Assembly: GCA_016748015.1 (NCBI GenBank)
Contig: JAAOMT010000483.1
Span: 214,739 to 278,738, forward strand
Origin: Geosiphon pyriformis uo1
Lineage: Eukaryota; Fungi; Glomeromycota
Direction: 5' to 3'
DNA length: 64,000 nucleotides
Part shown: positions 54,980 to 64,000 of the stretch, piece by piece
How the letters are laid out: the number at the start of each line of letters is the position of its first letter
Position numbering within the stretch: position 1 is the first letter of the stretch
Position numbers and translations under genes: made by a program
Notes under the pieces: model-generated
What the model saw: the letters and a program-made list of their open reading frames with translations, nothing else
What the model was told of the DNA's origin: nothing
Database searches by the model: none

Positions 54980-57900
54980 TGTTACAGATGATTATTTCAG
55001 GTGTTGGAATAAATAACAAACCTGTAACTTGGTGTTCAAAAGCTATTCGCATTAATGATAATCTAAAGGTTTTGGTTGAGTTCTTTGTATAATGAACAGA
55101 GATTCAATGATTGCTTTATCCATAGCTTTCCGAAACCACAGTTTTATCAAATTTTTTTCTCAGCATGGTGGCTGGTAATCTGACAGAGATGCCTTTCTGG
55201 TAAGCTATCCTTAAATTCTTAATCCTATACCCTTCCTTTGGGTTTTTTACTAGGCTATTCTTTATGTCAATAATTCAGCACTTATTCTTTAATCAATTAG
55301 TATACAACAATAAAATCAAAGAAAATAAAAGAAAATAAAAAAATAAGTCAAGGCAATTTGCAAGTTAATATTCTGTCAATAGCCATAATTAAGAGCTATT
55401 GTTCTAGTGTGGTTAAGTACCAATTATTATCAACATGAAGTGTTGATAATGGAGAGTGGATTTGAGATAGGGAATAATTATTTATTGAATTGGAAAGTTG
55501 CTTAGATTAAATCTAAACTGAAAGGTCTGTCTTTTCTACTTCTAATGCTACCACTATATATACATAATTGAGATTTCTCAATTCCTTGATTCTTTACACC
55601 AGGAATCCTAGAATTTCTGAAATCCTGCAATTTCTTTAAGAAGAATCCTGGAATTCTGGAATCTTGTGATTCCTCATACAAGAATTCTGAAATTCCTGAA
55701 ATCCTGTAATTTCTCTGAGAGGAATCCTGAAATTCTACATTTACTATGCCTACTTCTAATTGACTAATTTATGCTAGTATATATTTTATATTCTATGAGT
55801 AACATTATTCCCTCCTTTTAATATTAAGCTCTATTGAGATCTCCCAAATCTCATAGTTCTAATTCTCCATCCTTAAGTAGTTTTTGAACTTCCTTTCTAA
55901 GAATTACTTGTGTTATCTTGTTTTGTAATTCTTTAAATTGGGCATTGGTTATTTTTTCCATTTGGTTGACAGTAACAGTGTCCATTTTCGTGTTGAACAA
56001 GATTTCTGGTCAATCTTAAAATTTGGTATGTAGCCAATAAATGGCTCTTGCTTGTGTGGTTAAGTTGTTTTTCCCCACAAATTGTTCCAGTTGTTGTAGT
56101 ATTGTTGTGTCAAATAATTGTTTTGTCTTATCCATGTATAGATTTTGAATGTTCACATGTTGTCCCAAATAAAAGTAACAAAAGTTTTTTGGAAATTGTT
56201 ATATTCACCAATTCCAGATTTCTATAGTTAACTCTTGATATTGGGTGACTTTAAGTTGTGTTTCTATTGCCAGTTTTATTTTTGCCATTATTTTGTCAAC
56301 AGTGTTTTCTGTTTTTTTCCATATTTTATTCCATGGTCTTTTTCTAGTGTTTGTGTATCTGATAGTTTGTTGATTAATTGTGATTTCCATTTCTTGTTGT
56401 TGGATCAATTGGAAGAATTGTTGTGTTAGTGAGTAAATATTGTCAGTAATTTCTATTTTTTTGATGTCTTCTGTCACATTTACTATGTCTTTATATACTC
56501 TTCTTATTGTTCAATTTTACGTGTTTGGTCTAATGATTATAATTGATTCTAGATCTTGTGGAATCTTATCTGGTTGAATTAGTATTTGCTGTACTCTCAG
56601 TTGTGGAATATTATTGGTAGATGATAATACTATCTGGTAATATGATTTCAATCGACCATTATGTGCTGCTTTGACTAAGATTTTGTTGTCCCATCTTAAT
56701 TTATAAGCTCTATTTTTTAGAATTTCTTTTATGTGAAATGGTCCATCCTATTTGGGATCAAATTTTCCACTCCATTGTTTTTCCACTTTGGTATGATGTA
56801 ATAGTACTTTGTCTCCAATCTTGAATTCAATTGGTTTATCTAGTAATTGGTTATCATGTTGTTTTTTTTGTGACTTTTAAATGTTATCAGCTGCTTTTTG
56901 CCTTTTGTTTTCTAGTATCTCTATTAAGTTATACATTCTTCTTAACAATGTTTCTTGAAAATTGTCTTCTGTTATTGGTTTTGTTGGATATGTATTGACT
57001 TTTATCTCAACTGGTAATATTGCTGTTCTATCGTAGACCAACTCAAATGGTATTGCTTATGTGGTATTTTGCTTCATTGTTTGATAAGTGAATAGTACTG
57101 ATGGTATAAACAAATCTTATTTATTTTGATTTTTTTGGCTGATTTTGGCAATTGCTTTACACAATGTTTTATTGAATCTTTCAACTAAGCCATTTGTTTA
57201 TGGATGATATAGTGATAATAATAGTCTTTTGATTCCAAATCTTTAACTTAATTCTACTAACATTCTGTTTACAAAGTGAGTTCCTTAATCTGATAGCAAT
57301 TCTTTTGGACATCTGTATCAACAAATTAGATCTTGATGAATAAATTTGGTGACAAATTTTGCATCTGCTATTTGAATGGCTTTCATTTCTGGCTATTTGA
57401 TAAGATAGTCCATGGCTACTGTAATATATCTGTTGCCTCTGCTAGTAATTGTTAATGATCTGACTAAGTTAATTCCAATTTAATCAAATAGTTGTTCTAC
57501 TTTAATTGGTTTTAATGGTTCACTTGGTCTTATTCCTTCTCTTTTCTGACAAGCATCACAATTTTGAACATATTGAATGATGTCTGGATATATTGATGGC
57601 CAATAATAATTTTTTCTGGTTCTTTCCATGGTTGCTTCTTTATGAAAATGTTCTGCTGTTGGGTCTAAGTGCATGTTAAATAGTATTATCTCTTTTTTTG
57701 GTTCTGTAATTATTCTAGTTGGTTGATCTGAATTTCTTCTGTTCTTCTGATAAAGTATATTTTGGTGAGTAATAAAATATTTTGATTGTTGTTTGATGCT
57801 GTTTCATTCATTTTGAGATAATTTCTCCTTGAACTGTTGAGTATTTATATAGTGTTGAAGTTGTTGATATTTTTGTGTATTCATCTTTTTGTTTATATTT

Positions 57901-59015
57901 TTGTTGTATTGTTCTGGTTTTGTTATATTTTTGGGTTGAAATGTTCTTAGATTTGTCTTATTCACAACAAACTATCAGCATTTCTGTTGTTTTTTCTCTT
58001 TTTATAATGTACTGTGTACTTGAATAGTAATAGTGTTATTTTCTATCTTGCATGTTGATTATCTCCAAATTCTTGTTTTTGGATCAAAGTCAATCCCTTG
58101 TGATTAGTGTATACTTCAAATTTCTGACTTAAGTATTCCTTCTATTTTATAACTGCCCAATAGATTGCTAAGTGTTTTAATGCTGGTGTTCCATAATTCT
58201 TTTTGGCTGAAGTTAAATCTTGACTGGCATATGCCACTGGATGTTCTCTTCCATCTGGTCTTTTTTGTGATAGTACTGCTTCCAATGCTTGATCTGATGT
58301 ATTGGTGATAATGATAAATGGTTTGCTATGATCTGGATAAATCAATACTGGAGCTTGAATAAGCTTTTTTCTCAAGATCTCGAAAGCTTCTTGTTGAGTT
58401 TCTTTCCATTTATATTTTACATTCTTGGTTTTGAGATAGTTGAGTGGCTGAGCTATTTTAAAAAAGTTTTTAATAAAGCAGTAATAATAGTTTATGAATC
58501 CCAAGAATGATTTCAATTCAGTTAAGTTGGTTGGTACTAGAAAGCTTTTGACTATTTCTGTTTTTTCTGGATTTGTTTTGATGTCGTTTTTGCTTATGAC
58601 ATGTTCCAAAAATTTCAGTTTTGTCTTGCCAAAGAAGCATTTGGTAGCATTTAGCTTTAGTTCAATTCTTCTTAATCTCTCGAACACTTGCTGTAGATGA
58701 TAGAAATAGTCATCAAATGTTTTTGAGAATATATTGGTGTTATCTAAGTAGACAATTACTGATTTCCATAATAAGCCAATGTACACAATTTTCATTAGCC
58801 ATTGAAATATGGCTGAAGCATTCATCAAGCCAAATGGCATAACTTCAAATTTAAAGTTTGCTTCTCTTGTAGTAAATGCTGTTTTTTCTTTGTCAGCTGG
58901 GTCTATGACTATTTGCTAATATTCACTGTTTAAATTCAGTATTAAGAACTATTTGTTTTTACCAAAAGCATTAAATAGTTTCTGAATTTGTGGAGTTGAA
59001 TAACTGTCTTTACGA
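54980..59015 (-). mobile_element. Ty3/gypsy element H, 3' part (3' LTR 54980-55804, ORF3 ~55818-56456, integrase, RNase H, RT interrupted by I)
   Basis: PPT aaaaggagggaataa; ORF 58142-58840 (MPFGLMNA...VYLDN...RNase H); ORF 57480-57674 (H-H-C-C region). Confidence 0.9.
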
Positions 59016-59088
59016 TGTTACTCATAAAAAAAGAAAACAGATATAGAAAAATAGTAGACCAATAGGAGAGTAGTAGTTAGCATATAAA

Positions 59089-59229
59089 CACATTGCTCAG
59101 CAATGTGGAACAATGTCAAAAATCACGGCACATCACTCAGCAATGTGGAGCAATGTTAAGAAAATATGGCACATTGCTTAGCAATGTGAGCATTGCTTGA
59201 GAAATTATAGCACATCACTCGAGAATGTG
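59089..59229. repeat. Four 40-41 bp tandem units with a palindromic core in U3 of LTR I
   Basis: CACATTGCT-N-AGCAATGTG or variants at 59089, 59129, 59170 and 59211. Confidence 0.85.
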
Positions 59230-59842
59230 AGCAATCTCATAGAACCCAAATTATGTATATATAGCAGCAGTATTAGAAGTAGAAAGGGAAGAATCCATCA
59301 GTTAGAAACCTTTCATAATACACATATCAAATAAATAATTATTTATTATCTCAATCTATTTTCCACTATCAACACTTTATGTTGATAGTAATTGATACTT
59401 AATACCACTAAAACAATAGCTTTTGATCATGATTATTGATAGAATACTAACTTGTGTATTGCTTTGGCTCATTTCTTTATTTTCTTTTCTTTTACTTTTT
59501 TTTCTTTCCTTGATTTTATTGTTGTATATTAATCAATTGAGGATTAAAGTGCTGAGACACAGACATCATAGTGACTGGTAAAAGACTCATGAAATAAGGG
59601 TAAAACACTCATAAATTTGAGAATAACTTACCAGAAGAATTACCAGCCACCACACTAAGAAAAAAATTTGATGAAACTGCAGTTTCGGGAAGCTATGGAT
59701 AAAACCATCAATTAAATCTCTGTCCATTATACAAAGAACTCTACAACAAAACCTTTAAATAAACAACACCAGAATACCAACCAAGTACCAAGTTACAGAT
59801 TTGTTATTTGACTTGAGACTCCAAATAATCATTTGTAACATT

Positions 59843-59860
59843 TGGTGCTCTCTGTGAGGT
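59843..59860 (+). promoter_or_regulatory. 18-nt primer binding site of I (best preserved)
   Basis: TGGTGCTCTCTGTGAGGT; its complement ACCTCACAGAGAGCACCA fits tRNA positions 59-76. Identity uncertain; elongator Met or Ile(UAU) are candidates. Confidence 0.85.
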
Positions 59861-62800
59861 ATAATCCTACAGAGAACCAGCACCAATAACACCATCCAAA
59901 CAGTGACAGAATCTGAAAAAACAGAAACAAACCACTTAGGATTTGCGAAATTGTTATTTTAACACTATTATACTCATCTCGGATTAATAAACAATAGTTG
60001 GCCAACAGAATCAGTTTTCAATTGCTACATCAATAAAAGAATAATATATCATTTAGGAGGCCAAAGAGATCCAGAATCCACCTTTAACAACTTCTTCAGT
60101 GAATTGCTTCAAAGTACCATCCTTCCACAAAACTACCTATTTGCACCCCTAATTACAGAAATAAACCGAGAAATTGAAAAATACACCAAACAGAGATTTT
60201 CTATTACTTTTGCTAACAAAGGAAAAAAAAATTACAAACACTAGTAAGAACACCAAAACAAATCCAACTACTTACTTGGAAAAAACAAAAATTTGATTCA
60301 CCTGCTAATTCATCATATCACCACACACCCGGAAGTACAATCAATATAATAAATACAGCTACAACAAGCGCAACAACACCACTAAACAGAATCCCATTTC
60401 AAAGTAAACAAAAGAAAACAGAGTTATTAGGAACATATAGCAATTACTTCGAGGAATTTAAATCATGATCCTTAACACCATCAGGAATTCGATTATTACC
60501 ACCACAACCAGATTTTGGAGCCATTAGTCCTTAAGAAATAACTGATTTCAAGGAAGAAGAGAGTAGCAATCAAGAAGTTAATAAGCAAAACCTGATCCTA
60601 GGAAATTCAGAAATTAGAACTCCAGTTAATCAAACTCTGGAAAATCAGAATAATCAAAACCACAATGTAATTAATCAACACTTACCTCTAGTAATTGTGA
60701 TTAATCCACCACCAGTCTCACTAATCGCTGAACAGCAACAACAGCCACAACTACTACTCCAACAACAAAACCAGCAGTAATCACAACAACAACAAATCCA
60801 GCAGCAACCACAACAACAACCAATGGCTTACACTCCAATTGCCAAAATCAAGAAATTTACCAGTATAGAAGATGACACCCAAGTATGGCTTAATGACATG
60901 GAAAAAGCCATTGCAGCCAATAGATGGAACAATGACAGAGCCTTTTAAGTAATCTCCTATTTTCTACAGAATACTGCCAACTCATGATATCAGAGTTTAG
61001 CCATTAAACCTTAAAAATTCCAGAAATTCAAAACTGCATTCTTGGGATATTTCAGTAATAATAACATCATTAATTGCTTAGCCAACACCTTCACCACCAT
61101 TAAACAGGGAGAAACTGAAGCAGTTACTACTTATTTGGGACGTTTCTACAGGAATCTGTGCCAAATCCAAGCAATTCAAGCCAACTATTTTACAGCACTC
61201 CAGATTCTAAACCAGTTCATCCGTAGACTGCGTAGTAGTCTTCTCCAGTGCATACATCCAATGCACTTACAAATTCTCCAAAATGCAGTCACAAATGCCA
61301 GAGATTTTAAATTGGCAAAACTTAAAACAAGCCATGCCCAAGCCATTAATTTAGTGATAAATGGATCATCTGAATTGGATTCCAAATTGAAACAATTCAG
61401 TAATTCAATTAATCAGAAATTGGAAAAATACTTAGCTGACAATCATGCAATATATCAACCACCACAATGATGCAATAATTCAGGAAACATGAATTGTTTC
61501 CAAAATCAGTCATGTTCATCATTATTAAATCAGCTGTGGCAACAAAAGACGCATGTCTGCCATAACTGTGATAAACAAGGCCATATTAGAGCTGACTGCC
61601 AATTTTATAATAATAACCCATAATTGGAAAATCAATATCAAAACCCCAATTGCCAGTTTCAAACTCCAAACTATCAATCAACCTCAGCAATATATCAACC
61701 AAATTACATATCTATAATGCAGCCACAGATTTATCAGCCTCCAATCTATCAACCAACAACACCTGTCATCTATTAACTGCAGTCCCAACTCATATATTAG
61801 CCACAGCCCCAAGTAATTTATCAACCCCACCAAATTCAAACACCACCATAGAACTTATCTTAAAATGGAACCCAAAGGCCAAGACTGACACAACAAAGTT
61901 GAAGATCATCAATAGTAGTCTATCAACTGATCCCCAGTTCCTCAAACCAACCATCAAAATCTTGACAATAGAACTTGAACACCAGGTATCCCCAAAATCC
62001 GAATGCCCAATAATATTTAAGTCTCCTGATTACCCCAGAAAATGCCTTACCCAACAACTAGGAATTCAACCAACAGCAGCCACTTACCAGCAACATTCCA
62101 CTAGCAACCGTTACCAATAATGAATCCTTAGCAGCTATCTTTCTGTTTGAACTTAAAGAACTGACACCTATGCCCTTGTTCAGTAGAGCTGCACTAGAGA
62201 AAAAACCAATCACAGCAATATACACTGATGTCAAAATTGATGACCATTCTATCAAACTGATTCTAGATAGTGGATTAGCTGACAGCATCATTACAAAACA
62301 ACTCATGGACCAATTAGATCACTGAATTGATTGAACCACTAGTGCAAGGATAATTACAGCTGATGGAACCACCAAGACTCCAATTGGTGAAATAGATAAT
62401 TTGCCAATAGAAATCAATGGCATCATTGTACCAATCAAGGTATTAGTCATGGAAGTCATGCAATACCAAACACTCATTGACAATAACTGGTTGTCCAAAA
62501 TACATACAACTCTTAATTAGAACACGCAAAAGCTTCAGCTTAGTCAAAACGGTTGATACACACATGTACCAGTCACGTGTGGCCACTTTAAGCCAATCAT
62601 TATGTCTACAGCATCACTTATCAAATTAGAAGAAAAAAAAGAGAAACCTACCTGGGAAGCTTATCAAGTGTCCTGGGCTGATAAAGACTACAATGAGCTG
62701 CCACTGATACTATTATGGAATGACAATAAAGAAAAAGGAAGAGAACCAAAAGAACTTATCTGGAATACTGACTAAGCCTGGAAAACCAATAATAATTAGG

Positions 62801-64000
62801 ATGAATCAACAAGCTGGGAATAGGAAGAGACTGACAAGGGAAAAGGAAAAGAAAAAGAAAAAAAAACAACACCTACCAGCACTACTTATAATTACCACAT
62901 CTCCACTACCCCACAACAATCTACATATCATCAACCAAAACTTATATGCGTCAATTGCAGCAAGAAATTGTCGTTAATGGGTGCATGTTGTGGTGATAAT
63001 AAGAAACATCAAACGGCAACCAAATTCTACTGTTGCACATGCCTCATAGAATGGTTTGAACGCCCAAAAAGACAAAGAAAATGAGATAATAAATCCTGTC
63101 TTGCATGTGGAACTATCTTGCCTGACAAAGAAATGTGGATAACATTCCTGGATGTGAAAGGACATGTGATGAGATGTGCCAATATACAATACTAATCAAT
63201 AACTGAGTATACAAGAAAACACCAATCGACAACACCTGGAAAAGAGCGTTGTGATGATTGGAAGGATATTCTTATAACAAACATGAACTCTAGAAAATAG
63301 TGTATACAAAAGCAGAAGACGTGACAACCAGTGAATTACTAGAAATCAAAAACAACCCTCTATCTCTTCCTGAACCCAAATACGTCCAAACTTTCAACAT
63401 CTTTGGCAACATCAAAGACAATCCAGAGGAATTCCACAAACATTACCAGCAATTAGCCCCTACCAAAAAAAAGCAGGAACAACACTTAGAAGAAATAAAC
63501 ACCCAATTATGTGACTACTGTTTGATCTCATGTGACTTCCAATATTGTAATGAGTGTGACTTCATTTACAATCCACTACTGTGCATAATCTACATGATCC
63601 CAGAAGAAGACAAACCAATGAGCAGCTACACATCGGAATTGAAATCAGTTTTCAATCCCAATTCAAACTCCGACAATGACAACAATGATGAAAACAATAG
63701 TTCTAGTTCCACCCCAATTAGCAACAAAAATTATGACAATTCAAACTCCAATTTATACTCCAAAACATTTATCACACTTTCTGATCTCATCAAGGAACAG
63801 GAACTTAAATGGTTCAGTAATAATGGCAAAGGTATCATGCCAGAATGTGCACACAATACTGATGCAGGGTTTGATCTAAGATATCTAGGGAAAAATCTTC
63901 TCAAATTGGAACTACATTTACACACTTGTATTGATCTGAAAATAGCACTGGAAATTTCAGCAACAACAATAGTTCAACTAGCATCCAGGAGTAGTTTAGT

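Larger units (their letters stand above)
59016..64000 (+). mobile_element. Ty3/gypsy element I, 5' part (LTR 59016-59840, gag from 59903, protease ~62220-62590, Cys-rich domain, start of dUTPase)
   Basis: TGTTAC...TGTAACA LTR; CHNCDKQGHIRADC knuckle; LILDSG; DAGFDLRY; runs off the window. Confidence 0.9.

Noticed and set aside
59089-59229. CRISPR-like array of palindromic repeats with spacers
   Set aside because: The spacers resemble each other, the array lies inside an LTR U3, the context is eukaryotic and there are no cas genes.
1577-63925. Many 60-150 aa ORFs in the track that are antisense or off-frame to gag-pol (e.g. 2894-3217, 27087-27383, 44890-45123)
   Set aside because: Shadow ORFs of degenerate retroelement coding sequence with no independent evidence.

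Overview
Very AT-rich eukaryotic DNA made almost entirely of nested, degenerate Ty3/gypsy (Metaviridae) LTR retrotransposons. The protein families look fungal (Glomeromycotina-like; this is inference). No intact host gene, RNA gene or CRISPR array is evident. Reconstructed nesting: element A (+, starts upstream of the window, ends 12922) carries a same-family solo LTR (60-1068) in gag and a 2.9-kb non-autonomous mini-element E (6688-9580, -) in RNase H. A decayed IS630/Tc1-like DDE transposase (~13140-14666, -) is cut off by element B (+, 14667 to beyond 54979). B contains C (16080-36133, +, itself containing D, 19877-29835, -), solo LTR F (39450-40274), G (43647-53634, -) and H (from 54980, -, interrupted by I from 59016, +). 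The autonomous-type copies share an unusual complex layout as far as each is visible: Gag (apparently GUG-initiated) - protease - unknown Cys-rich domain - dUTPase - RT - RNase H - integrase without chromodomain - a conserved non-env ORF3. Other signals: 4-bp target-site duplications always centred on a YR step (often CpG), a PBS flanked on both sides by complementary anti-PBS sequences, family-specific U3 tandem arrays, and pervasive C>T/G>A hypermutation. Domain coordinates are approximate; LTR ends were read directly.
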